This document shows, piece after piece, positions 22,448 through 35,100 of a stretch of 64,000 nucleotides of DNA. Source of the DNA: Bilabrum cf. latius. Lineage: Eukaryota. The notes under the pieces are model-generated. The model made no database searches. It saw only the letters and a program-made list of their open reading frames with translations, and was not told where the DNA came from. Position 1 is the first letter of the stretch; every line of letters starts with the position of its first letter. The stretch covers positions 496,001 through 560,000 of the forward strand of contig OZ237769.1 in the NCBI GenBank assembly GCA_965178125.1. The letters are read 5' to 3'. The translations under genes and the position numbers were made by a program.

Positions 22448-24915
22448 TCACGCCTGCGTCAACGGCCTGGAAGAACCGGCCGTTTCGGCGGAAGAGCTGC
22501 GGCTAGCCGGAGCATCCCCCACGGCCTCCTTGCACTCGTCGTTCAGCCTCTTGAGCATGACCCGCCTTTCCTCGGACATCCTGGGCTCCCCCTTGCCCGA
22601 CTCCTCGAACACGTAGCACATGAGGATCGTGTCGATCGTCACACCGTACACGGCCATGAACATGGACCCGATCGCGTAGGCCAAAAAGAAGACCAGCAGC
22701 ACGGGCAGCATCGGGGCGCTGACTACGGTTTCCGACTCCGGGTTGGAGTACCGGTCGGCCCCGGTGAAGATGGCGTATGCGATGAGTGCCGAGATGGCCG
22801 CCACGAAGACCTTGCCCAGCCAGAGGAAGGGCGTGGACACCAGGGCCAGGGCGCCCACCCGTGCCCCGTTGGACACGATGGCCACCAGCGCGGCATGGGC
22901 CGACTGGCAGAATGGCTGCTTGGTGAGCGCCACCATGATGTAGGCATTCCTGTTGATGAACTTCATGCAGCACTCGAGGCACCAGAAGAAGGACTGGCAG
23001 CAGCACAGCACCCACTGGGCCACCCCCGACTTGTCAGCCTGCTGCAGCTTGTGGCGGGCGTACTCGATGCAGGCCCGGATGAACTTGATCACTGCGATGA
23101 CCCCAGCTCCGAACGCAGCCGTGCCCAGGTGGTACCAGAGCACGGTCCCGATGGCTGCCAGCGTGGGTGAGGCGGCGGGCAGCTCCTTGTACCCGCTGCT
23201 GCCGATGGGGGCGAAGTAGTACATGACAGCCACGAAGGCCACGGTCATCTCGGTGAGAGCCACCAGCAGCTGGGTCTCCCAGAAGAACCCGAACACGTGG
23301 AACACGAGGGCGCGCTGGGCCGACTCGTCCGTGTTGATGGTGTGCACCTGTCCGTTGGGGATGTACGAGGAAAGGGAGGGCACTGAGGTGGTGACCACCT
23401 CGCCGATGGAGTAGAGCTGCAGTGCAGTCGCGGACCAGATGGCCACCACGGCGATGCCGATGAGGATCATCACAACGGGGACGAAGACGATCCCCGGCGT
23501 GGAGGCCAGCTGGGTCGCAGCCTCCTCCACGAGCTCGATGGCCAGCATGATTCGGGAGCACAGGAAGGCGAGGAGGCAGGCGTACAGCCCCGCCAACACG
23601 AAGAGCGCGATGGCCCCGTAAAAGGCCCACTTCCAGTTGGGGTCCTGCTGGTAGGCGTCGTCCGCCCCCGCGTACTGGTCCTGGATGGTCCTCGCATGGG
23701 ACAGGAGGAACACGCCGCCCACCACGATGCCGACGAAGAACCCCACGATGCCGATGAGGGTCAGGGGGCGGGCGCAGCACCGCAGCACGAGCAGGTACAC
23801 GAACCCGAGAACCAGCGCGATCACCCCGCACGCCACGACGATCCAGATGCCGTTCCGGATCGAGTTCACTGCCTGCGTCCAGCTCTTGCTCGAGGTAATA
23901 GAGCTGCCAGTCGACTTGAAGGCCGCTGTCGCGTTGGCCGTGGGCAGGCAGTACCCGAAGAGGGGCTTGCTGTCAGCCACTGCGAAGGGGCCCCAGAGGC
24001 ACTCCCCCGACTCGGGGTCTGAGAGGAGGGTCCCGATGTCGATCAGCTGATCCGCATGCGTCGTACGGTTGGAGACATACAGGCCCTCCTCGCCGTAGCA
24101 CGCAACCATGACGTGCGACAGCCTGGCCTGCGCCTCGCTCGCGCGGGGGCACCCGCTGGAGCACACCTCCACGGCCCGGGCCCCGCTCGAGGTGCGGTCG
24201 TCCCACCCCACCGCGATGGAGGTGAACCGGCCCAGCTCCTCACCGGCGTCCCGGTCGCACGAAGACCCGTTCACGCGCGCGGGCATCCCAGTGACCCCGC
24301 ACGTGCCTGCGACAAGTAGTGGGGTTGGGTGATGACTGTCGGATGCTGGATGGGGTCCGTGGCGGGAGCAATAGGCTAAAAATGAGGCAGATGGTGGGAT
24401 TTATGACTATAGTGACCACTGCGGCAGCCGTTGCGTGGCTGGTGTGATCGTGCAGAGCCACTCGAGCGACGAGCACGGAGCGGGGGCACCGCGCGGGGAG
24501 CCTTCGGCAACCTGCCAAGCTTTACGCGACCAGGAACAATACCGCATGGCATGAGGTGCTTGATTTATCCCAGGACGATGAAGCTTCAGGGCATCTCCAC
24601 CGCCAGTTGTGGCAGCAGTCACTAGAGGCTCGCAGCCTACACCAAACGAGAGGGCACATGAATAGGGAAGCTTCAAGACCTCTCACATCCAGCAAAGTCG
24701 ATCCCATTGATGACTTGCCTGTAGTCACCTTCCGCAAACGCCCAAGACGTCACTCCAATGTGAGCAGCGATGAACAGAACAAAGATCAGTAGGCAAAGGA
24801 TGTCTGTGCAACCCCTCGTCTCCCCTTGCTGCAATGGGGCCTGCACCTGGTTCCAAACTGCATCTTCATCATCCTTGGTATACTGCGGCTTCTACTTCAG
24901 TGGGCTTGCAGCCAT
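22448..24915 (-). CDS. Choline transporter-like protein (CTL/SLC44 family); exons 24915-24687, 24306-22448; in-frame TAG at 24892
   Basis: N-terminal RGCTDILCLLIF and INGIDFAGCTCG; YHLGTAAFGA, CCCQSFFWCLECCMKFINRNAYI and IDTILMC family motifs; about 10 TM segments; TGA stop. Confidence 0.92.
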
Positions 24916-25034
24916 TGCACCAGACTTTGAACTGATTTCCAGTCAAGACATTGCTCGGACACTTCTTGATAGCGGAACCATTTTGCGCGGCGACTCGCTG
25001 CTGCCTGATCAACCACTTCGATACCCGCGCCAAC
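24916..25034. promoter_or_regulatory. Putative bidirectional promoter between the CTL and VTA1-like genes
   Basis: Divergent ATGs only 119 bp apart. Confidence 0.55.
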
Positions 25035-26743
25035 ATGCAGGTTCCTGAAGAGCTTAAAAAGACGTGTGGTAACTTCATGAAGCGTGCAGAGAATGGTGAT
25101 AAGCTCGCACAGCAGGAGCCGTCCGGTGCAAAGGTTGCTTATTACTGCAGGTGAATGAGAGCGCGGTTTCGTAGCGGAAGCAGTTCTGCACACAGACGCG
25201 TACGGTTGATCCCAAATTCGCTCGGACGGCCCAAGTCTTATTTTAAGTACGCTGGCAGCAAGCTTGCTCTCGTATGTCCACTTGATTGGCACGTTCTTTC
25301 AAGATCTATGCAGGTACATGGCGCTGCAGAAATCGCTGGATGCCGAGCGCACACCAGCTGTTGCGGCGTTCCAAGACGCACTATTTCAGAAATTATCAGT
25401 AGATAAAGAGCGCCTCTAGATCAGCAAGGCGACAGAGCCGCATGATAAGGAAGTGGTGCAGGGATTCGCAGACCGGGTAATGGCCCAGGCCATGAAGCAG
25501 GACAAAGAAGGGACCGCTAATAAGTGAGTCGTACAACGGTCACTGAGACGGCGCATCGTCTGTTTTGCATTGGCTGGTCGCCGCCCAACAAAGGGTATCT
25601 TCTGCCCGGGAGCTCGGCGGACTCAACTCTGCCACCCATCAGGCTGCTGCTGCGCCTCCCCCGGGCCCCACTGGCACAGTCCGTTGATTCCAAACCGCCC
25701 TCGCTCGCAGGATGACCGCTCGCAACTACAGCTTCGCAAGCCAGTACATGGAGCTGATGGAGCTCTTCGACGACCCCGCCAAGGGGATCGAAGACAAGAA
25801 CGCAAAGGGGAAGCGGCTCTTCTGCAAGGCCCGAGCCATGCACATCCTCAAGGCCGTCACAGAGGGCGTTCGTCCGGAGCCGTTAACTGATGACATGTCA
25901 GCGGGGTCAGTAGGGGGCGATGCGGGCGGTGGGGCAGCGGCAGGGGCAGGGGCAGGGGCAGGGGCAGGGGCAGGGGCAGGGGCAGGGGCAGGGGCAGGGG
26001 CAGGGGCAGGGGCAGGGGCGGGGTCGCACGATGACCCCATGGCGGGGCTGCCCTCCGTGCCTGGGTTTGGATCGGCCTCGGATGCGTCACCCGCGGGTGG
26101 TGGCACTTCCGGTGTGACGAGCGCGGCCTCGGTCAGCTCCGGGATGGGCCCCACTGCGGGCGGGCATGTGTACCCTGGCAGCAAGCCGAGGCCGGGGGAG
26201 GAGGGGTGGAGAGGACAGGAGGGGGAGGTCTAGCACAAGCAGTCGCCGTCGGGGGGCATGTCTGAGGCGGGCAGCTCGCACTACTCGGCTGGATCCGGAG
26301 CCGGATCCGGGGCGGGCTCGGGCTACGGCGCCGGAGCTGCGGCGGGCATGGGCATGGGAGGGGGCATGGGCATGGGAGGGGGCATGGGCATGGGAGGGGG
26401 CATGGGCATGGGAGGGGGCATGGGCATGGGAGGGGGCATGGGGCAGGCATACCCGCCTGCTAGTGCGCCTCCCGGACACGGCTACCCCGGCGATGGAGCC
26501 AAGGAGTATCCAGGCGCGAGCCACTCCGCCGGTGGATCGTCGTCCAGGTCTTTAGTGCAGCCGCCGGGCACCGGCCCGATCGCCGACTAGGCAACTCTGG
26601 CGGACGGTCGCTGGCGGCCGGAGCTGATCGCAGCCATGGGCGACGTGTCGATGAGCATGGGCGAGATGCGGGCGTGCCGCGTAGAGGACGCCAAGGCGGC
26701 CCTGCGCCGAGCACTTGCTCAACTGGAGAAGCTGACGGTGTGA
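25035..26743 (+). CDS. VTA1: VTA1/LIP5-like Vps4 activator (N-terminal MIT domains, C-terminal VSL-like helices); exons 25035-25150, 25314-25523, 25711-26743; in-frame TAG at 25417, 26231, 26588
   Basis: FMKRAE...VAYYCRYMALQK, FADRVMAQAMKQDKEG, TARNYSFASQYMELM, KRLFCKARAMHILKAVTEG and C-terminal VEDAKAALRRALAQL. TGA at 26741-26743. Confidence 0.82.
25940..26020 (+). repeat. (GCAGGG)n hexamer microsatellite encoding (AG)n in the VTA1 linker
   Basis: About 13 consecutive units seen directly. Confidence 0.95.
26345..26440 (+). repeat. 18-bp minisatellite encoding (GMGMGG)x5
   Basis: GGCATGGGCATGGGAGGG units seen directly. Confidence 0.9.
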
Positions 26744-27134
26744 GCCGGCCGACGGACACTCGTATTGAAAATTTCCGGGCATATTTCTGTTTCAGCAACG
26801 GTATTTAATCTGAATAAATATCTCCGTTGCAAGTAGACGCGGTTTTGGGCCTAGGACGCGCCACTGCCGTGCACGGAGCAAGTGTCCCGAACTTGCTCGT
26901 CAGCACCTCGCCGTCACAATCGGCGATCGGAACCAGTGCCACAAAGGCAGCGAGTCGCAGGCGTGAACGCCGCATTGGGGCAGACTTCTTGCGCAAAGAA
27001 ATCATATAGATTGAACTACAGGCACTGGTGCACCAGATAAGAGCTGCTCTAGCTGGTAATTTGAATCCAAGTGAACCACAAATCACCCGGTCGGCCAGCG
27101 AACACTAGTCCTCAGCTATCTAGCTGCAATTGCC

Positions 27135-29090
27135 ATGACTGCGGCACATACGTGCATGTACTGGTTTGAGTTGGAGTGGGCTGGGTTCATATGTCCACGA
27201 TCAAGACCGGGACCGGCCTCCAGCAGGTGGCAGCAGGGACCCGGTGGAATCGCGATGCGACTGCACTGCTCCACAGAGCATCCGAGCAGTGATCCAGCGG
27301 TAATGTACATGATACAAATATGTGGCGATATCAGGGTTGATCTAGAGCTGCATGCTGACTTTGGTGTCGTTCCACCAGAGCCGGACGATCGAGCGAAGGA
27401 TCAGCGGATCAGCAGCGATCGTCTCGAGCAGCTCCCTTGGTCTACGGCAGTACCATCAAGTAAATCAACACTACTGTCGACCTCGTGGGGTAACACGCCT
27501 CGCCATCGCTGTTACAGGAGGATCCCGTGAGATTGCCATAGGCGAGCACAACTTGAATGTTGCTCTCTGCGTTTCGATGCATCCCTGCACCCGCAGTGGC
27601 CCGCTGGAACCGCGGCAATCTTGAGAGTTGAATATTTAAATCTATTTCGCGTTCGCACTCGCAGTCTCTCACAGTCTTAGGATGCTCCGTTCCCAGCAAC
27701 CGGCCGAGCTCAGGTGCGCGTGGACATGCAGGGCGGCCCCAGGGCCCTCTGGGAGGATGGATACGTCAACAAAGCAGGGGTTGTCAAGGTATGGGCAAGC
27801 GTTACAGTGCTTAGCGCGCGACTGAATCGATTCCAGGCCAACAAAGCGGCTCTGCTCGCTTCCGACGTCCCTGCGGGCGCGGCCACGAGAGCAGTGGGCA
27901 TGCTGGCGTAGGCCTCAGAAGCCGCCGGAGCGGCGCATGTGCAGGCGAGAGAGGCACTGACCCCGAGTGACGCGCTCCGGATGGCCCTTGAGGCCGAGCC
28001 GGGCCACCCCCCGGGCCTGGCAGTGGCGAGGTCTCTCCCCTCCTCCCTCCATGCCCTCCTTGGCAGGACGGGCCCCGACCTGCGGAAGCTCCTGGTTGGG
28101 ATGAAGGGGTTGGCCAAAGCCGTGGGGCCCGAGGGGACCGCGCGTGCATCTGTGCTAGAAAAGTCAACGGATAGGGAGGTGGTGGACGTATCGATGGGTG
28201 ACGGCGGCACGGGCGGCGGAGCCAGCAGCGGACTGTGGGGCGGCTCGCAGCAGCAGCCCCTCTTCGGCTCGGAGGGCCAGGGAACAGCGCAGGGAACAAC
28301 AGGATTCGGCGGCGCCCAGCCTCCCATGCAGGGAGCACCCCCACCTGTGGGCCGAGCCGGGACCGCGGTTGGTCTGTTCGAATCGGGCCCCTTGCTGGGG
28401 TCCAAGGCGAGGAAGGGGGGGAAGATGGGGAGCGGGGGATAGCGGAAGTACGGTGACAGGGCAAAACGATCGCTCAACGGAAGCTCCCAAGCGGCAGGCA
28501 ACGACCCAGGATCACGACAGCGCGGGAAAGATGAGGACAAGAAGAAGTGGTACGACCTGGACTCCGAGGTGGACGAGGACTTGACCCCACCACGGGGCAC
28601 CTCGCCGTATTTAATGCCCCAGGTAGAGGGAGAGGGGGCCTCGGATCCGTTGAAACTCCCCATGCTGACGAACGGGAGCGCGGGCGGCAGCGGCGATAGA
28701 TCCGTTTAGTTCGATCCTCGCCAAGGCAGGCCCATGACCCCACCTTCTTCCGGGACGAATCGGAGAATAAAGGGTCGCCGGGGCACCCCCGACCACAGGA
28801 GCGCGGGAGGCAGGCCCGGCTCTACTAACTCCACCGTGGCTGTCACGTCGGGCGGGAGCCCCGTCGACTTGTCGCCCGTGGGAGGGGGCGGCCCAGCGCA
28901 GTCGACCTACGAGAAGGAGCTGCAGGAGGCCCTGCAGCGGTCCATGCAGGACGTCGGACCTACTTCTACGCTGCAGCCGGGCCCGCCCGCATTGGAAGAA
29001 GACTAGCCTCCCCAGGGGTCCGAGGGGAAGCAAGCCGGTGGCAAGTCTGGCTGCGCCCCATCTTCCTCTTCCTCTTCCTCTTCGTCGTCA

Positions 29091-29124
<34 letters not shown>

Positions 29125-32100
29125 GCAGCAGCTCCAAAGGCCCGCTGCGATCTGCGCCCTCTCCCTCCAGCGGACCCGAGGCAGCGAACGATGATGACAG
29201 TGACGAGGGCGGCACGCGGGGATCTGTCAAGGTGCTGTGCAACCGCAGGAAGAGGAACCAGCGCGCTCTGGTGAGAGGGGCAGCTGAAGCAGCAGGCAAC
29301 GGACAGGCGAATGGCGCTGCTGACTAGCCCAACCAAAAGGCAGGGGCAGCCCAAGGCGAGACACTCGCCGCAGCCATGGCCCCTTGTGCCAGAGATCTGG
29401 CCCAGCTCGCCCTCTCCACTATCGCCCGGTTCGGTGGGTGCTTGCCCGGCCCGCGGCCAGCCGACAGCGCTACCGGCAGCACAGATTCCGTCTCTACTGC
29501 TGCTGCGACAGATCCGTCCACGTTGCTGTACGACTTGCTGCAGCGGCCTCCTCTTGTTCCCCCACCTGGTGTGCCCTCTCTGGCCCGTTTGCCTTGGCTG
29601 AGCGCCGCGGCTGCCACGGGGGCCCGGCGGGCGCTGCAGGGGCAGGGAGAGGCGGCGCGGTGGTCCAGCACGGCCGGCTTTTAGCAGCGCCAGCAGTCCT
29701 TGCTGCAGCAGGGACGCACGGGCACTGGAATGGTGGGGATCGTGAACCAAGGCGCCACCTGCTACCTCAACAGCGTGCTGCAGGGGCTGTTCCACACCAG
29801 GCTGCTCCGCAAGGTTGTGCTGCAGGCCCCGGTGACCAAGGAGGACCTGAGGGCGGCGCTGGCGGCGGAGGTAGGGAGCGGAGTGGTCGGTGGAGTGGGC
29901 AAAGGCAGAGGGGGTGGGGGTGCTGCCGCGGGTGGGGAGGGCAGCGGGGGAGAGGACCGGCCGACGCATCGCGTGGTGCTTGCCCTGCAGTCGTTGTTCC
30001 AGTCGATGATGGAGAGCGATGGGGCCGTGTCAACGGCGCACCTCACGCGGTCTTTCGGCTGGGACAGGTCCGATTCGTTCACGCAGCACGACGCCCAGGA
30101 GCTCCTGAGGGTGCTGCTGGACCACGTGGAAGGCAAGCTGCAGGGGACACCGCTGGCCAGGTCACTGCCCTTGCTCATGCAGGGAGTGATGGCCACCACC
30201 ACGCGATGCACGGGGGTGGATTATGCCAGCAGGAGAGAGGAGCAGTACCAGGACATCCAGCTGGACATCAAGGGCTGCCACGACCTGCACGAGAGCTTCT
30301 GCAGGTACACGGCCCCCGAGCGGCTGGACGGTCCGAACAAGTACGCGGCGGGGAGGCACGGCAAGCAGGCGGCCACGCGGCAGACCCGGCTGACCCGTGT
30401 TCCCCCGGTGCTCTTCTTGCAGCTGAAGCGGTTCGACTACAACCTGCAGACCTGGCGCATGGAAAAGGTGAATTCTCCCCTTGCCTTCCCCGAGGCATTG
30501 GATCTGGGTCCGTTCATCGAGACGGAAGCGGAGAGACAGGCGGCCAGGGAACAAGACGCGAGGAGGAGAGAGGACGAGGGAGAGGACAAGCCCGTGTGGC
30601 TGGGAGACGAGACCGAGACCGAGGGTCAGAAGGCTCGGAGAGAGGAAGGTTAGAAGGACAGCAGTACGCAGCCGGAGGTGCAGGAAGTTGCGCCGTCTTC
30701 TGCGGCTGGATCGGTCGGCGAGGCGGCGAGGCCAAGCGGCACGGGTGCTGAAGCAATGCAAGACAGTGACGAAGACGAGGAGGAAGACGTTTCAACCACT
30801 GCCACTGCAGACGCAGTCCGGCGAGCAGCCCAGCAGGCGAGGAGCGGGAGCGGTCGCATGCGGCTGCACAGCGTGATGGTCCACAGGGGCAGCGCCACCG
30901 GAGGGCACTACTTCGCGTTCGTGAGGCCGGGGTTGGGTCAGTTGGTGAGGCAGGAGAGGCTGCTGCGAGAGGCGAGAGCGAGTGGGGCGAGGGCGAGTGG
31001 GGCGAGGGCGAGTGGGGCGAGGGCGAGTGGGGCTGTCTCGGATGATTCGACGCCAGCTGCTGCTGGCAAGCAGGCCACCGCCGCCGGTCCAGCTGCCTCA
31101 GTCGCGCCTGGAGCCTAGAGCGCACCGCAGCACTCAGCGACCCTGCCGCCCCTGCCTTTTGTGGCTCCCCTGATGTGCAGCCTGGGCAAAGTGGCGGGTG
31201 TACGGACTGCGGCTTGCATGGCAGCTCGAGTAGCGGCACGGCTGGGCAAGCTGGCCACAAACGAGAAGGGAACCGGGACGGACGTGGATCCCAAGGTGAA
31301 CTTTCCCGCCATCTTCGAGGCGCTGGGACAGGGGCCGCTCCCTGAGTCCATTGATGGCGTGGGCCAGGGAACAAGCGACACGGAAGACCACCACACCAAG
31401 GGCCCCTACTCGCCCAAGTCGCCGGACGAACCCCCACCCTCAGATGGCACGGGCAGTGCAAGCGGGTGGGATGCGCCTCTGTGGCCAACCGAGGACGATG
31501 CGGCCGATGCTGGTGCTAGTGCTAGTGCTGGTGCTGGTGCTGGTGCTGGTGCTGGTGCTGGTGCTGGTGCTGGTGCTGGTGCAGGTTCTCAGTCGCAGTC
31601 CATGAACGCAAAGGACCTCGCATGGGCCCGCACCTGGCTGATGGGTCTCCATGACTCAGCTCTCGAGGCAATGGACGCTGTGGTTGTTGAAAAAATGCTG
31701 CGGGAGAGGGTGCATGAGCACGTGAGGGCCGAGAGAGTGCGGATGCAGGCCCGGTCCAAGGGAAAGGAGGCGGAGAAGGCCTCTGCCAGCAGCAGCAGCA
31801 GCAGCAGCAGCAGCTCGCAGAGCGCCAGTGCAAGTGGCACTGCACCGGTGTTTGGCACGGCCAGGGCGTGGGCGAACAGCCTGCAGACCGGCACTGGCGG
31901 CCTCCACCTCCCGGCATAGGCAGCGAAGGGTACCGGTCCCATGGGCGGCGGCGAGTGGCAGCGAGAGCTCCGAAGGCCTGTGCTCGAGGCGGTGCAGGCG
32001 GCCAAGCAGACAGGAGCCGGTACTGGCACCGGTGCAGATGTCGCGACCGAGCAGGCCGAAGGCAGCACACGTGACAGCCAAGGGGCATCCATCCCCTCTG

Positions 32101-35100
32101 CATCCCCTGCGTCGGGGCCTGGTGCTGCAGGGCACGAGCAGGGCGGCGCCTCTTCCTCTCCCTCTCCCGAGCCTCAGGGCATTGACCCGGACTGCTTCGA
32201 GCACGGCAGCGTGATGACCCGGGCTGATCTGGAGGCGAGCGCGAATCCATTCGGGCAGTGGTTCCGCTTCGATGACAGCACAGTGGAGCCTGTGGCTGCC
32301 GGCGAGGCCATGGACGAGAACTTCGGGACTCGGCTGCGGCCGGACGGCAGCTGGGAGACGTACGGCCGCAGCGCCTACATGCTGGTGTATGTCAGCGAGG
32401 AGGCAGCCGAGGAGGTGTGCTTCGAAGGGGCCCTACGGGGGGAGGGAACCCCCGCGAATGCAGCTCCTGTGGAGGGGGGTAGCGGGCCTGCGTCTGCTGG
32501 GCAAGGGAACAGAAGCGTGCCGTAGAATGGCAGTTGCAGCAGCAGCAGTGCGGCAACTGAGACATCCGGGCCCATTAAGGGTGCATCGCACGATGGCACA
32601 CAGCAGGTGCCACCATTGTTCCAGGAGCTTGCGCGCATGGGGGAGCGATGGACCGGCAAGGCAGTGGAGGCAATGCACCGCGAGCTTAAGCAAGAGGCCT
32701 GGTCCGCGGTGGCAGTGGGTGCTGCGCTGCGACGGTTCCAGGAGCAGCTTCAGCGTGCTATGCAGAACAAAGACGAGGGCAGTGAGGGCGGTGCCGATGC
32801 CTAGGCGGATAGCGGGGTGGTTGAATCCACGGGTGGATCCACTGACAGCGTCAATGATGAGGAGAGGGAGAGGAAACGGAAGAGGCCGAGAGTGGAGGCG
32901 AGTCCCGCTGCGGCTGGGGATGCAGATGACATGGAAAGTATTGACGAGGAAGAGAAGGAGGAGGATCATAGGAGAGATGAAGGTGCTGGTGGGCTCATAG
33001 CCAGAGATGGGTAGAAAGGGCCCAAGGAGCAGGGCAAGTCTAAGCTGTCATCCGGATCTAGCCGCGACGAAGACGAAGAAGAAGGTCAGGACGAGGACGA
33101 GGACGAGGACGATGGCAGCAAGCCGCCACCCGTGCTTGCCAGGGGTGGATCCAGCGGGTCGCCTGTGCTGGACAGTCGCCATGTGATCGAAGCACCTATG
33201 GACTACAGCGACGAGGACGAGGACGAGGACGGGGACGAGGACGAGGACGAGGACGAGAAGAATGTAAGCAAGTCTGGGCGTGCCACCAGCAGTGACAGCA
33301 CGCGCGAGGGAGCGTCAAATTCTGCAGAAGGTCAGAGCCATGACCAAGCTCTTCAAGAGAGCTTCGAAGACGCTTCCCTTGGGCTGCAGAGGCTGGAACC
33401 CAGCGCTGAGGCACAGCCGAGGGCTCTGGGCTCCAAGCGGCCCAGGGGGGCTTCGAGTGGGGACGATGGTGTGACGAGTGGGTCGGTGGCCGGCTCAGGG
33501 TCAGTGGCTTTGCTGGCCGCGCCTGGTGGAGGGGATGTGGACGGGGCCATAGACAGGCAGGGCCGCGGGAAGCAGCCGTCAGCCAAACGGGCCCGGACGG
33601 ACGATGCAGAGCCCTGTACCAAGAGCAGCGGCGCAGCCGGCAAGGCTGCTACCGCATCCAAAGGACGCTCTAACGGACTATCCGCGGCTGGGAAATCCGC
33701 CCTCGTCATGGTGCGGGGGGGGTCCTGCGGTGCATCCGGCAGCCTCGCGGCCAGCTCTCCTGCCCCCGGCGTGACACCCGGCGCTGCTGGGGCAGGGCCA
33801 GGGCCAGGGATAGGCGGCAAGCGGAAGATGAGGCCCGAATCGTCGCTGATGGTGGTATACGGGCCCAAACGGAAGAAGAAAGGGAGCGGCAAGGGCAAGA
33901 GCGGACGGTCCGCTACTGCCCTGCCCTCCTTCCTCGGCGGCGGGCAAGCGGGACCAGCAGAGAATCCGTGGCGGTCGGTCGCACTCGTCACGCGAGCCCC
34001 GTCTCCCGAGGCACGATTGGCAGCCATTCGCGGCCTCCTGGGCTTGGTGGACGCCCCCGTGCATCCCGTGATCGTGCCGCTGCCCAGGCCCGTCAACGTC
34101 TGGATGCCGCTAGGGCTGCCCCGGCGCCGGGTCCTCCGGTGGCAGCGGGAGCTTGCCGAGGCCCTGAAGCGGGAGCAGAAAGAGGCCAAGAACCAGACCG
34201 CATTCGTGCTGCTGTGCCCCAGGGACCCCGCGGCGGTGCGCAGGGGCGAGCTGCCCGCCGTGCCGATGGCCTCCCACCCCACGTCGCAGGTGCCCTTCTG
34301 GCCCACTCGTGCGGTGGATCCAATCTGCATGCGGATGGCTGCTTTCATGGCTGTGGAGGCCGTGGCGCATTTTGCTAGGGTGGCGGGGCTCGACTGGGGT
34401 GCACTGCACGATGGTGCGATCAGGTTTGGCCTGGAGGCAGCGCTGGAGGACGGGTCAAAGGAGCTGCCGGCGCTGGCTGGGGTCAAGCACGCACCTGCCA
34501 CCAGCAGTGGTAACGGTGCGGCATTGGGAGCGAATGGGACGGCAGCAGGCAGTGGCGGTGGCGGCGGGTTCACGTCCCCGTTCCAGGCGGCCTCTGCGCC
34601 CAAGGCCAAGCTGGGCGGCAGCATGTACGGGAGCTCGTACTTGGCCAAGAAGAAGCAGAAGGAAAAGGAAAAGGAGACGAAGTAGTTGGATGGCAACCGC
34701 GCGGCCCAGATCATGATGCAGTCTCCTGAGGAGACCCGCGCCTCTGTATCCTCGCCAAGCATCCCTGGCCATGGAGCCAGTGGGGAAATGAGTGAAGAGG
34801 GCAAGAACAAGGACGGGAAGAGTGTCGAGTCCGCCGAGGCCGAGTCCGAGCTGGTGCAGGAGAGGTGGCGGGTGCTGCGCCGCCTATGCTCGGCCTGGCT
34901 GCCCAGCATCGCCGGGGGTGAGCTGACGGGCCGACAGCCAGACAAAGGGGAGGAGCGCCCGGCCTTTGCTGAGCACCGTAGCATTGGAGCCGCGACGTGT
35001 TTCCCCTCACAGATCGATGCGGTCGATCCGCTGGCGAGAGGGTGGAGGCTTGCGGCAGCTTCTGCGGGATCTGAAACTTCCGTTGAAGCCCTGTACCCGG

